Of a stretch of 64,000 bases of DNA, positions 1-12,793 are shown piece after piece. The notes below the pieces were generated by a model, which did not search any database, had not been told where the DNA came from, and saw only the letters and a list, made by a program, of their open reading frames with translations. The number at the start of each line of letters is the position of its first letter. The first letter of the stretch is position 1. Source of the stretch: Eutreptiella sp. 'Long Island Sound 2002' (taxonomy: Eukaryota; Protista; Euglenida). Made by a program: the position numbers and the translations under genes. The stretch spans positions 26,846,001-26,910,000 of the forward strand of contig OZ038378.1 of assembly GCA_964036045.1 (NCBI GenBank), in the 5' to 3' direction.

Positions 1-1941
1 CCGCGATGGCGGATCTGCAGGGTTTAGCGTATAGGGTACCCAATAACAAGCAACTTGCAACCCTGACCAACGCAAAACATGATGCAGCTGCCTAAGCAGG
101 CACTGCTGTGCCTGGCATTTGTATGTCGCCTTCCCGGAGATCACGGATGCTATAGCGGCTTGATTATCAATAATCAAATTCAGCGTGGTATGACCTTGAT
201 AAGCCGCTACTTTCAATGGCATGGATAACGCCGGCCAACTCGGCCGCCTGCTGCGTATGGACCCAGGGCGGGTGGTGCACTGTTTTGGGCCGCACATATG
301 GGCTCCAGATCGCACTCCAGTAACCAGAGTGTGTTCCGGCCGCATCAACACACCAGGTGGGCCCGGACGGAACAGCCCGTGGGGCCGTCCACGGCACAAG
401 GGCCGCTGCCATTGCCTCAGCTAACGCCCGCAGGACCAGCGTGGGAGTGCACTTAGAGGTATCGGGCCCTTGATGGAGCCAAGCGTACGGGCCAGCGAGA
501 AAGGGGGCTGCTCCCCGACCAGGTCGTAGCGCCCACTGCAATTTACCTAGCAACTGGTGGAGGTGTTTGTGACGGTACCCACGGGTAGCTAAGGTAAGCC
601 ACAACATGATGATGCCAATTATGTACACTGGGTCTGATGACACTAACCCCTCCGCCCCATCGAACTGTTTGCCCATCCACGTGACGTGATGTGAGGGCTC
701 CAGCTCGGATTTGGCACTAACCACCCAGTTGTTTTGTGTAAAGTGTTGCACGAGGTGCTGGGTTTGGGCGCGCACGCGATGCAACTGGGGGCCCACGATT
801 AGGATATCGTCCATGTACTGGACAACAATCGTATCATCAGGGTACAAGCGCTGTATATACATGGCGAGCAACTTCTGTGCGATGACTGGACTAGCTTGCC
901 ACCCAAACGGTAGCCCAGGAAAGGAAAACACTTGTCCCCTGACTCCTATTCTAACTGTGTGTCGATACTCAGGTGGTACTTTACAGGACCAAAACATATT
1001 ACTAATGTCGAGTTTGGTGAAATACAGGGGTGTGCCACGTAACAAGGACGGGGTGATCGTGTGTGTCAATTCATCCAACTGAGGCAACTTAAACGGTGGC
1101 GGAGGGAGACAGTGATCATATTCACAATCAGTGCACACTTCTACACTGATTTGGGCTTCAGATAAGCCTTGGCATTAGGTGCCAATCCAAGAGGGGCGTG
1201 CTGCAGCAAACCCGACTCAGTAAGCTTCTGAGCCAACAAATGAAGCATGGGGTCTTGAGAGAATGGCTGCTGGGGGGCATTTGCTGCCGCCCAGTGTATA
1301 TTAGAGGGGGCACATTCTGACCACAGTTCATCAGGTATGGGAACGCTGCCCTCCGACCCCAGACCCCATTGGGCCATAGCCACTGTCACCGGCGGCGTAG
1401 AAGACGAACGGCTCGTGGGACTGGTGTCCGTAGTGGTCTTGTGAGTCGTCGGCGACACGTCGGAAACGACAGAGGGGTCGGTGGCTAGCTGATGCAGAAG
1501 TCGATGGACCGGCTCCAACGGTGAAGGGGGATGCAACGTCTGACCAGGATCGTGAGCAGTGCAAGGGCTCTGCACCGTCTGTGGGCTGCATGTCGAAGTC
1601 AGCGGGGAAGCCGGCAATCGGTTGACCATCAGCACCACTAGATCCCGCAACAACATAAACACTGTGCTCATCGACACCTTCAGCTGTACCGCCACAGACT
1701 GGGCTGCCTGGCGTAGGTGATCCTGCAGCGTCTGATGGCACAGCAGACAGTGGGCTTGGTAGAGCTTCGCACAGCCACAAAGGTCTCCAGTGGGCATACG
1801 CGATGCCGCGCCGAGGCGCGGTGAGCTCATAACCATGGTGTGATGCTGCATCTGCTCGGGGCGTAACCCCAGATGCCCAGTGCTAAGGTCAGGGCCCACA
1901 GGGGCACGCCGAGAGTCACCAGCTGCAGGAGAGGTAGCCAC
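1..1941 (-). pseudogene. Reverse transcriptase/RNase H ORF of the YR retrotransposon
   Basis: AYLKPKSV*KCALIVNM (TAG at 1141-1143), a frameshift near 1105 into PPPPFKLPQL, then FTKLDISNMFW, LPFGWQASP, QYMDDILIVG. RNase H motifs WCVDAA, QQAAEL, IIDNQAA and NPADPPSR follow, with a shift near 205. Confidence 0.92.
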
Positions 1942-2199
1942 TGTTTGCGTAGGTGGGGGGACTGGAGACTGGGCGTGAGGGGTTGGAGGTACGCCACTTG
2001 CCGCTTGATCCGTCGGTTGCGATAGCTACACCGACGATGTGTCAGAGCACTGAGAGGTTGTATCAGATCTGTCCGTGTCTGTGGATTCACAGAGGGATCT
2101 GGAGGCCGCAGAATCACGTGCCGACGAGGGCGGTGGGACGGCGGCCGCACAAGCGCATTCCAACTGGAGGGGTGCCCGGATAGGGGCGGCAGGCGGTTT

Positions 2200-3086
2200 G
2201 ACGAAGGTATCTTTGGGCCATAGCTGGGGTATGGGAACGAGGCGCCAGTCCATGTCGCGCACTGGGCTGTTGGTGGTCGCAACAGGGAACGGCAATTGTA
2301 GTTTGTCGGGCAGTCGCCAGGCAGGGGGGGATTGGAGTACCGTCGGGGCTGGACTTGGGAATGCCAGCGTCCCCAGCGCTGTAACGAGACCATGGAACCT
2401 CCCAAGAGGATAAAAAGGGCTGCCCCAAGTTTCTTCCACCCATGCCACAACGCTGCGGGCAGCTGCTCATAACGCAGGAGGTCCTGGAGGGCATGTTGGA
2501 GCTCACTGGTGCCTCCCGGAAGTACGGGGCTGTCCCAGGGGACCTCAGGCCGCTTGCATGCCAAGATGTAGGCTCTCCAGGTGTCCAAGAAGTCGCCGAG
2601 GGGGTAACTGACAAGATGTTTGTTGACCTTATGGTCGAAGAACGTGACCCACCCTGGTACGGGCAACCAGTGCCATTGGAGGGCTGCTGTGTCTTGCACA
2701 CGCCAGAGATAGACCACGGAGCACAAGATGAGGAAGAAAACCCGGCCCCAGCCCCAATACATTCGGAGTCGTCCAACGGCTTCCAGATGTTGCACTGTGG
2801 CCCAAGGCTTGGGAATGGTATAGCGCCCAGTGTATTTAACGATGGCTGCCAGGGTGAGGGTATGGGTATCGGTGACAACGTGGGGGATAAAGGAGAGGCG
2901 CTGACACATGAGGACCGCAGACACGAGGGCTTTGGCAGCGTATGGGGAGCGGCGGTTGGCCGCGAGGTGGAGGAGGCGGAGGGAGAGGGCATCCGGGAGG
3001 GGCATGCCAGGGGGGGCATACTTGAGGACCTGCCGCAACGCACTGAGATAGGTACGAACGGTGCCAGGTTCCCACTTGCGAAGCAT
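2200..3086 (-). pseudogene. Tyrosine recombinase/integrase domain of the retrotransposon
   Basis: TVRTYLSAL...YLWRVQD (R)...DHKVNK (K)...HGWKK (HxxR-like)...GRWHSQVQPRRY (W, Y at ~2337-2339). The C-terminus probably continues as PPAWRLPDKLQLPFP...LWPKDTF after a shift at the C7 run near 2325. Confidence 0.85.
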
Positions 3087-3099
3087 GGTGGCGGTGGCT

Positions 3100-4420
3100 G
3101 AGTGCCCAATGGGGCTTCAGCCGCCTGTGACACAGCGTGGAGTACCGCGGCCAAGTCCTGCACAACTGGGAGGCTCGTGGGGGGGGCTTGGGGTGGGGTC
3201 TGGGGTAGCAGGGGTGCGCAGCGCGGCTGGTATTCATTGGGCCAGGCCTGACCCACTGGGGGCAGCTCCTTGAAACTCAGCGACCATGGTTTCGAACACG
3301 GCATCATCCCAGGCGTCGACTTTGTCGGCTGCGGTAACAGGGCTTTGGCAGACAACACGTCCGGAGCATGTAGAGGGAGGCTGATGACTCCAGTGGCGCT
3401 GTCCACATTTAGAACAGGGCCAGGGGGCGGCTCACTGGTGTCCCACTCAACTCCTTGGGCACTGACCCAGTACTCTTTGCCGTCACGGCTCAAAAGATAG
3501 CCTTGCGTCACCGCCAAAGGGCAATCAGCCGCCCAGTGCCCAGTCCTGCCGCACTTGAAGCATCTGCCGGGCCTCGGCACAGGTCGACCAGTCGTGGCCG
3601 GCACGTCCGCTGCGGCATGGGTCGTAGTATGCGGGGGCATGACCTCCACGGAATCGTGGGAACCCGACGCAGGGGTAGGCTGACCGCGAGGCTTAGCAGG
3701 CTTGGAGGACTTCTTGGCAGCAAGCTCGATGTGCAGAAGGCACCACACCTTTTGGACGAACACATCCTGAGTCTAGTCAGTCGCATTCAAGGGCACCTGC
3801 TGCAGATCTTGGAGCGCAGAGGCCAACGTATTCATCCACTGGAAGCGCTGCTGGGTGGCCGCAAGGTCATTGACACTCTGGGCAGTCAACGGCGGCGGTC
3901 GAGGCACACGCGCTTTCTGCAGCTCGTCGTCTTTGCGCTGGAGGGCTGCGGTGAGCTCATTAATACGGCGCTCCTGAGCTCGGGCAGCCGCCCAAGACTC
4001 AACAGCAGCAGTCGGCGCATCAAGGAAGGTGCCATCCCATAGGTCGACACGCAGGGCTTTACGGCCGCAGTAGGCACCCAGGATGGTAACGAACTCCGGC
4101 ATGTCAACCCCCGTCATACCACAAGCATCAGCAAATTTGATGAGTTGATCATCGGTGATGCCAACTTCGGCAATAGCTTCCCATTGCGTCACCATCCAGC
4201 GGTCAATCTCCTCAACGTGAGATCCAGAGCGCGCAAGCGCTGGGTAGGCAGTGTGGCTCCAGCGGGCAAACACTTGACGCGCTTGGTGTGCCGCAGGCGA
4301 CTGAAGGAAGATCGGGGCTACCGGGTTAGGGGGCGGTACCTGGGTAGCCGTTTGGACACTGTCCATGGGCAAGTCACCCGCAGTGTCTGGTTGAATTTGT
4401 GACATAAGCCTGTTGGACCT
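3100..4420 (-). pseudogene. gag-like ORF of the YR retrotransposon, with one zinc knuckle and a second CxxC...HW motif
   Basis: ORFs 3773..4459 and 2114..3763 share a frame and are joined by one TAG at 3773-3775 (ATD*TQDVF). CCHC knuckle is present. WDTSEPPPG is followed by PCSKCGQRHW after a one-base shift at the C-run near 3419. Confidence 0.8.
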
Positions 4421-6407
4421 GAGTGGTCCGGCAACAAATTGCAACTGAATACAACACAATACATTACATTACATACTATTCGAAAACTTTTATTTGCTCG
4501 CACCGCTCGCAAACACAAGATAAAATTTTTTTTTAAAAAACCTTTTTTTACTAGGTTTTACTACAGACCCTAGTGGTGGTGGGGGGGGGGGGGGTGGCTA
4601 AAGCCTGATTAAAGTGAGCTGAGTGAAGGAGCAAGTGGAACCATTGAAAAAAGGGGAGGGGGCTCGCCAGGTTGGGCCAAATTTGTCAAAAGATGAATGG
4701 CCACTGAGAACGCGTTTTGCAAGCCGTATGCGCCACAGGAGTGAGATAATCTGCTGGTGTATGGGCTGCCCAAGAAAAAAGTAGGGAACAAAAAAATGGT
4801 GCATGTCGATCTGTTGGTGCCATCGCTCTCTGCAACGCAGAGACTACAGCCCCAACTCGACGTGCACTGCATGGCATGGAATCCAATTTGGAGCTGATAT
4901 CGAAATCTCCGCGGGGGACTGAAAATGGGGCAGGTGGTGTTGCGTGGACAAGAGGGCGGTGACGTGTGGCTGTACTGTTGGCAAGTGGTGTGTAATGGTA
5001 GGCAGGTGTGTTACTGTGGGCACGTAGCATGCGACTGTGGGCCTGCGACAGATGTCTTGTGACTGGAGGAAAGTACCCCATTCAGGGTCCGCAAACTGGT
5101 TGCCAAGATTGGCCAGAGGGCAGTAGCGCACCACCACTTACCCTGACCAGTAGTGGTACCTCCCTCCTTGGGGTGTGTGCCACCAGGTCGCTGGAAAGCA
5201 ACGGGAGGGAGCCGCTGCGCCGTGCGCGCAACGCGCGCCGGCATTCCCGGGGCCAAGCTGCACCCAAAATCGCAAAGTTATGACTCAAAATTGCAAACTT
5301 GGTGCGCCCGGTGGCAGGTCAAGACAAATCTTTTGCGGGGGGGGGGGGGCAGCAAACACGTGGGGCTAATCCGTCACGGTGCACTGCAGGCACCCTCCAG
5401 GCGCTCCCCCTCCTAAAACACGTCAACAGCGAAACTGCAGTCCCGCATCAGCTGCACCGATATGCTGGGGTGCCCTCCAACTCTCCGGGCCAGATGGTCC
5501 TGAGGCCCCTTTATTTGGCAGGATACCATCTGCAAATCTGGCGGTGGTGGCTGTTTGTTTTTCTGGCTTTCTACGAGACTGTGCAATTCCCCACCGCGTA
5601 CGGGTCAGCTTGACGCTATATTCAACAACACATCAGTTTTTCTCAGTGTGGAACCCCAGCATTGCATTTTGCATTGCGTCGTGGAAGGAAACTGGAGCTG
5701 GTGGCGTCAGCAAATCAGCACAGGTCGTTCAGGGCAGGAGGTACCTCGGTGCCCTCAACTACTACTCATACGGCTGAAACTCGAGCTCTTAACGCCAGCA
5801 CAACAACCAATTTTGCTGTCGTCACTGGGGTGATCAAACCTCACTCAGATGTGGACAGAGAGCAAACAACAAACAGAAGGCAGGGGCAACCACCTGTACA
5901 AGTGCAAGTGCAAGTGCAAAAGCCCCGTGGGCCAAGTCCAAGCAACAGGAAGAATATCGACTTGACAGAACCGTGAACTCTGGATTGGGGCAAAAGTCTG
6001 GTGCCGGGCAAAAGATGGCACCAGACACCACGCCTGCTGGGTGCTTAGGTAATTATGGGGCCACTTTTCTTGCAACGAAGCATAAAATTGGGTCACCACC
6101 AAGCCCCATAATTGGTCCAACCACCCATCGGGAGCGCACCTTCTTCACCCCCATGAACCCATGTTTCTCCAGCCTGAAAATGCCCCTGTCCCGCCCTCCT
6201 CCCACGCACATGCTTCCATGGTTTGTGCAGCGCTGTCCCACTGTGCAGCACGATCAGAAGCATGGATAAAAAACAACACAGTGAGGCAGAAATATTCACA
6301 TTGGAACATCGGGACCCTGAGCAGTGCTCAGCTGAACCCTGAGATTGGCGAAAGCGGGCGAAAACGAAGAGCAAGGAGTGGGAAACAATCCATTTTGGGG
6401 ACTGCAC

Positions 6408-6532
6408 CTTTTGTTGATTTTTCATGGACAATACATTTGCAGCCGTCATCTGGATGCTCATCGTTGCATAAGACCAACTTTTGTGGGTGGGTCTGTCGGT
6501 GCAGGATCGGTTCCCGCAAATGACTGTTGAGT

Positions 6533-6580
<48 letters not shown>

Positions 6581-6594
6581 CGTGTGTGTGTGTG

Positions 6595-6683
<89 letters not shown>

Positions 6684-8788
6684 CGAAGGCTGCAACGTGA
6701 AATTACGACAACAAAGCAGGGTTGGTTGCGAGTGCACCTGGTGCCTGGGCAACCACATGAACAACAATAACAACAACAACAACAACGTAGCATCTTGCTC
6801 GGGCGTGCCAACGCACAACGCGGCAGCACGCCAGGCCAACCCACGATTAATACCACGCAAACCGCTGGCGACTGCCACACCTTCACACGCTCACGAAGAG
6901 CAGGGAACTCGGCCGAAGGAATTCGCACACGTGTCTGAATCAAAATCGAACCGCAGAAATTGTGCAAACTGTCCTTCGGGGCTACCAGCGATCCAGAGAT
7001 CCCACAACCCGACGCATGCAAACACGCGTTTATGTCCGCACGCACAATACGCCAAATCATACCCAAGCCATGCAGTCAACAGGCAGACACAGACAACTCC
7101 GCTGTCAACCGTTGCCACAAATCCCCCAGTCCCTCAGGTCCCCAGTGCATGATGGTTCGTAACCAGTCCCCAGGGATTCAAACGGATGAGTGTGTGCACA
7201 TTCCCCTCGAGGGCAGACTCAGCAGTGCAGGCAATCTCCGAGGTTTGGGAGAACGGGGCAGGAGCGAGACGGAAGGAAGAAATGGTTGGAGGCAAGGTGC
7301 AGTCGGATGCTCGTCTTGGCTAACCTGGTTAAAGGGGAGGAACCGGAACAGGGGGTTGAGCCTCGCGGTTATGGTTAGCCCGCACAAACGTGAACCTTGC
7401 CCATGTGCACCACGCAACACGCAACGTGCAAGGGTGGGCACGTTGTGTCTCCTGAACCTGGACGTCAGGCGTGAAAGTTGAAGGGAAAAGGATATTTTTA
7501 CAGGGAATACATGCAAGTGCATGGTGGAGCCAACGCCTGGCCTCTGGCTGCGACCGCGCCAACGCAGTTACATGTGCTCGAGTCCGACTCCTTAGGTTCT
7601 GCTGACGAAAGAACATAGGCCCGAGTCGAGGGTCTGGTTAAGGAATACTCACCTATCCGCTGTCGTGGGAACGCCAAAAAAATTCGCTCTCGTCCTTCTT
7701 CTGAGCCTGTGTCCAGAATTGGTCACAGTCATGCCCCACTCGGGCCATCCTTTCCACTGTCCGTGAAGGGATCCAAATCTACTCGGCTGTGCTGCGTTTG
7801 GGAGAAAGATACAGGTCCGAGGGGATCTATGGGACCTGCTAGGACGCCACCGCCACCGCCACCACCGGTTTTAAAGGGAAATGTACTCGAGGCCAACGGC
7901 AGGTCACCGTCACTGGTACGTGATGGGGTCCCGTGCAAGGAGAACTCCGACGACGGCTGCACAAATCGCTTCCCCTGGGAAGTGTCAAGCACGATAGAAG
8001 TGTTAACAAACTGGCCTGATTCCACAACAGGGAGTTTGCACACAAACAGAATGTATCGAACGTTTAATATTTGGCTTGTTGCATGAAACCGACAAATGTG
8101 GCGTTTCACAACTGTGCTCGTGCATGCAAGCTCTCTGCACAAGGCTAGCCGACTTTTCGTTCACTACGATTGACACGAAGGAAGGCTGACAAAACGACAT
8201 CGCACATTTGTATTCACGATACAGAAAACTGCCGCAAACAGCTGCACACACGCAACAGACTTCAACAGAGACACCAGCAGCAGCGCCGCGGCGGCAGCAA
8301 CAGCAACATAACGAGCTGCGTACCTTTGAAGCACCTGCGGACTGCGCTCTGAAGCCACGCACGTTGGGACCAGTCACTCCGTTGTTCCGCACAACCGGAG
8401 CGGAACGTGGCTTGTTGACACCAGCGGCACCGTAGGTCCGTGGCGCACCATTTCCGTCTTCGGACGACGCTGTCACGTCGTATCCCGTTGACACCCGTTT
8501 CTGCGCCTGTTGTTCTGCCATGGTTCTCGGTGAATTTGTTACTTCGGTGCTGGCATTTGGAGCAACACCAGGCCGGATGGCGTTGCCGGGTTTGGAGACT
8601 GGGTTCTGATCAGGAATCTGGCCGGGAATGTGTTGGCGGGAGACATCCTCATTTACCCATCGAATTCGTTGAGGTTCTGTTGGCTTGGCACTCCTGGCCA
8701 AGTCGCGAGACGAGTCAGGGGCATGCAATGGCACTGTTTTTGTCTCGGTTTCTCTTCGACTGAACCATTTTCTGACGCCAGCCAACAT
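6408..8788 (-). CDS. Multi-exon gene of unknown function. Exons ~8788-8324, ~8010-7653, 7457-7325, 6934-6881, 6449-6408; probably more exons downstream toward ~5.8 kb
   Basis: GCC-ATG start (MLAGVRKWFSRRE). Donors AAG|GTACGC (8324), AG|GTGAGT (~7653), CAG|GTTAGC (7325), AAG|GTGTGG (6881), AAG|GTGCAG (6408) with phase-compatible CAG acceptors. Exon 2 needs a one-base shift at the G4 run near 7735. No recognisable domain. Confidence 0.5.
6534..6681 (+). repeat. (GT)n microsatellite, ~148 bp, two CTC interruptions
   Basis: Directly visible. Confidence 0.99.
6760..6786 (+). repeat. (AAC)n microsatellite
   Basis: aacaacaataacaacaacaacaacaac. Confidence 0.95.
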
Positions 8789-9238
8789 GGCGCAGTGACG
8801 TTCTTGTTGCTTGTTTTGCCAACAGACTCCTCACATGCACATGCGAGAAATGCAGATCTGAAGAGGGGTTCCGAACTGTTCACACTTGCCAAGATTTTGC
8901 ACAGCTCATTTCTCGATGTGTCTGAGTTCCCTTGCTTCCTTCTCAGCTCCAATACCCAGCAAACACTCATGCAGACTAGTGTTGGGAGCCGACAGGTGTC
9001 ATATGCCCAGACCACACTGCTGGGGGGGGAAATCAAGAGAAGAATTCCATCCGAAAACAACAACCGTTGCAGTGGTATGAAATAACGTCAACAGCACCGC
9101 TGGTCTGATTCCGTCTTCATGTTGAGTGACCAAGCATCAGACAAGAGGGGGGCAAGAGGTACCAGGACCTCTGAACGAGAGTGTGAGCAGGCGACACTCA
9201 TCTCAGACTTCATCTGGGAAAGAATAGGTGACAACACA

Positions 9239-9774
9239 GGGGAAAGAATAGGTGACAACTGAGAATTTTGGGCTGAGGATAGGAATGGCCGGACCCCGCC
9301 CCCCACTGCCCCTCCCTCCCTCCAACCTGGGTCGGCGGCCGCATACCGTACATCGGCTGAGCAATTGCCCAACCAAAAGCCAAAATAAAACGAAACCTTT
9401 GGCTGGAATTTTGCTCATTTATGCTGCGCGCTTGCTTGTTTCTAACACGCCGAATCCATGGATTAGCTCAATTTGAATTTAATCGGTCAATCGACAACGC
9501 CCGTGGGTCAGCTGCAACAATTCACGATTTGCCACGTTTATTAATGTGCTATTGTTGTGAGTTGACAGCTTATTTTGGCTTTTCTTGGAAAAAGTCGTTT
9601 TTTCGGACATGAACGTACTTTTTGTGTACGTCTAACTATGTTGAAGGCTTTGTCCAGTGCATGTGTGCTTTGTTGCGCGGGTACATGGGTGTACATGGGT
9701 GTACACAGGTTTGAGAATGGGAATCGCCGGGACCCACACCCCAAAAGTTCTCAGATTGTCGCCTATTCTCCCCC
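9239..9774. mobile_element. MITE-like element with ~35-bp imperfect terminal inverted repeats
   Basis: 9239-9272 GGGGAAAGAATAGGTGACAACTGAGAATTTTGGG is the near reverse complement of 9740-9774 CCCAAAAGTTCTCAGATTGTCGCCTATTCTCCCCC. The interior is non-coding. No clear target-site duplication. Confidence 0.55.
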
Positions 9775-12700
9775 GTGAACCCCTTCTTGAAGAGGCACTT
9801 GACCTTGCACATTGCAAAGTGTGCTCCCATTCGTCCACAAAGTTGTGTTATGGGCGGAAGCCAATTTCCCGCTTTGTGTTTGCTTGCCTAACGTTGCCCG
9901 CTGAGGAGTTTGCATCACAGCAAAATCGAATGCACAAAAAAAATCATCCTTCCTTGCTTTTGGCCAAGGGCGATTGCGTTTCATTTGTCAATGTTGTGGT
10001 ACAAGAGAAGATTGTTGTACTTCAATAGCAATGCACGATGTGTGTTGCCTTCACATACCACGGGAAACTACCTTCATTCTAGTGCTCCATTACAAGACGC
10101 CCTAAACCCAAAGCGGGGGGGGGGTCTGACGACTTGTGCCCCTTGACCTACCCTCTACGAATGGTTGAAAGAAAGCCTGTTTCGGGGGGAGATTTAATTT
10201 GTGAACGTGTGTGCACAATTAACACTTACCCATGGCAGTCGATACGGTCGGCAATAGTCGGCCATGCAGAAAACTACTGTCACATCCTATCCCTCCAAGG
10301 ATCGTGCTTGGATTATCCATGTGTTCATGTGACTTGAAAGCCATTCCCATTCTATTTGGTAAACCTACCCTATCCCCACCCCTCTCGCATCATCAGAATA
10401 CCGAATTGCCCGAATCCCCGTGAAAATTGTCAAATTTTCCACACGGTGTGCCAAATCCTCGTGGGCTCCCCGCACGTGTCCCCAAAACAAATCCTCACAT
10501 TTGTACCGAAAGTTGCCATGGTCCTCATGTTGTTGCGAACAATCTGCTATTGCACACAACAACAAATTCCTTTCTACGTGTACTCCCCCGTTTTGTGGTG
10601 AAGATGCCCGAAAGCAAAATGACGGTCCCAATGCACAAGGAGCTGCGCGAATCGAGGATCGGACCCCCTCCAACACCCCCCTCACCACCATCGGAGGATT
10701 AGAGCGGATTGCGGATCGGCCTCGACCAAAACTCACCTACCCTGTAGTAGGTAGGGTGAAAATTCGAAACCTACGACATCCACTCAAAAGCAACCCAAAA
10801 CCCCAATTCCACCATGGCTCTTGAGGAGGTTTAGGGGCTGAGGGGGGTGGATTTTCATGACAATTGTGCATGTCCCAACCAAGGTGTTATGCACCGTGTC
10901 GGGGATGATGTTTAAGATAGATAGCACGCCGTAACCCTCAGATCGCACCAAGTAAATTCATGCAGCACAAATGCATTTTTCCGATACTTCAAGAAGACGT
11001 ATTCTAGCACTTTTCAAACAAAAATTCAGAAGCGCACACGGTGATCAACCCATCTTGTGTTCTTTCAGAAAAAGTGCACGCGGTGTGGCATTCAACGACA
11101 AAGTGAAACAACGCGAGGACACCCCCCCAAAAGGATCGTAGATCGGACCTCAACCATGACACATACCCCTTAGTCCGCCCTCCACGCCTCTAGCTTTGAT
11201 GGGATCTCCAAGCAAACAATGCTTTTCGAGCTTGAATAAAACGCGTTGTTCGCTCTTGACTGTAGTCCCTTGTCAACTAGTGGCACGGCTGCACATACTA
11301 TCGAGAGCGACACAGTCCGGTACGGTATTGCTTGCTCGATTCGTGCGCAACAGTGATGGGGTAAAATTCCATGCAAAATGACCCTTCCCTCTCTTCCTCG
11401 GACTCGCATGTACGAAATAGTGCAGTAGGTAGTCCGCGGATCACTAATCCGCGGGGCTGCATACCCACCCCCCCTAGTTTGAACCATGGATCACGGATCA
11501 CCTACCCACAAACACGCCCCCACTACCTACCCCCGATCCGTGGTTTTTCCGGACCACCCATGCGCACACGCGGCCTAGGGGCTCAAGAACCCAAGGTTGC
11601 AAGGTGCACACACATGCATACATGCAACCACCAAGAAGGCAGGCACATGCAAAGCAAAACAATGCAAATGGATAACCTCGATGAAAACCCCGCGTTGGCA
11701 TGGGGAAAAAAGGTTTCCATTGTACATATACTGTACAATTTAGTTTTGAGTGGTCACCTTTAGATCTGTTGATTTAGATTGTTTCCCCCTCCGATTCCGA
11801 TTACGCAACGGGGTAGGGAATGGTGTAACATGCAAGTACAAACCAAAGAAATCTTCAAGAGAAATTGTTCAAAGCGCACCTGGTGACCGACCGAGTGCGA
11901 CATGCAATTGAGAAGTAGAGAAACCCAACAGTTCATCTTCCCCCCCCCAAAAAGGCACCCAAAGGCACACAAAATTACTTCAACAATTCATCTTCACACT
12001 TGGGCAAAATGATCCAACAATGATCCATATGGATCATTTTTGAATCACCACCCTCGAACCCCCCCCCCCCCCCACTGCCTAACGTTTTCAAAAATTATCC
12101 GGATCACCTACCCCATAGCCCCCCCCCCCCCCGCCCACACCCCCAAACTGCCTACCGCACATAACAACGTCGTTTTGCCATTGATGTAAATTCACTTTGA
12201 TTTTCTGAGTGTCTATTTTTTTTCGGCATTGTTCTTCCATCCTCTCATGTTTTTTGTACTGCTCGTGTGCACTGCATCAAACAATTGAGGACTCTCCTTT
12301 GGCTGAAGAGCTACGGTGACCAGTGCGGGACAAGTAGGATCGAGATTTGAAGGAGGGTCGGAGAATTGGATTGCTCTATCATCTTCTTCATAGACTTCGA
12401 TCAACACCCATCTTTTCTCGTCGCGCTTCTGTTTTCCGAATGAACGCCATCCCTCTCGATTTTACCGTTGTGAGTTTGATGTCTTGCCTTGTGTGCGCAC
12501 CTCACCTCCTCCTATGTGTATAGTGGTGATATAGGCCCATGCCCTACGCGTGAGAGTGTCGGATCTGGACCGTGCCTAAACCATTCGAGCTGCCGAGCTC
12601 AGTTGCTCTACGAACGCGTGACTTAAACGTAGATTATGCGACGAGTGGGGTCTCATGACGCCGGAAAGGCAAATGGTGGAATTTGTCTCAAATCAAGACT

Positions 12701-12793
12701 CGAACTAGGACCGAGCTGGGTCCTAATCTTGCGTAACGCATTGGAGATCACCGTTGAAGAAAGACCGCTTGCTTTGCAGATGTGCCTCCATGG

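Larger units (their letters stand above)
1..4550 (-). mobile_element. Tyrosine-recombinase (DIRS-order) retrotransposon, VIPER/TATE-like ORF order gag-YR-RT/RNase H; disrupted and truncated by the window start
   Basis: On the minus strand: gag-like ORF with CCHC knuckle CFKCGRTGHWAADC (~3521-3562), then a YR domain, then RT (LDISNMF, LPFGWQASP, YMDD) and DIRS-type RNase H ending WVPYTLNPADPPSR at position 1. AT-rich leader at ~4460-4550. The right boundary is approximate. Confidence 0.9.

Noticed and set aside
1141-3775. In-frame TAG codons (1141, 3773, also ~40765) as stop-codon reassignment or readthrough
   Set aside because: The ~1400 modelled host-gene codons contain no in-frame TAG, and the same elements carry other lesions. 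CAG-to-TAG decay is simpler.
6093-7152. Long ORFs rich in HT/CV repeats (6093..6878, 6458..7066, 6481..7152)
   Set aside because: They are open only because (GT)n and (AAC)n lack stop codons.
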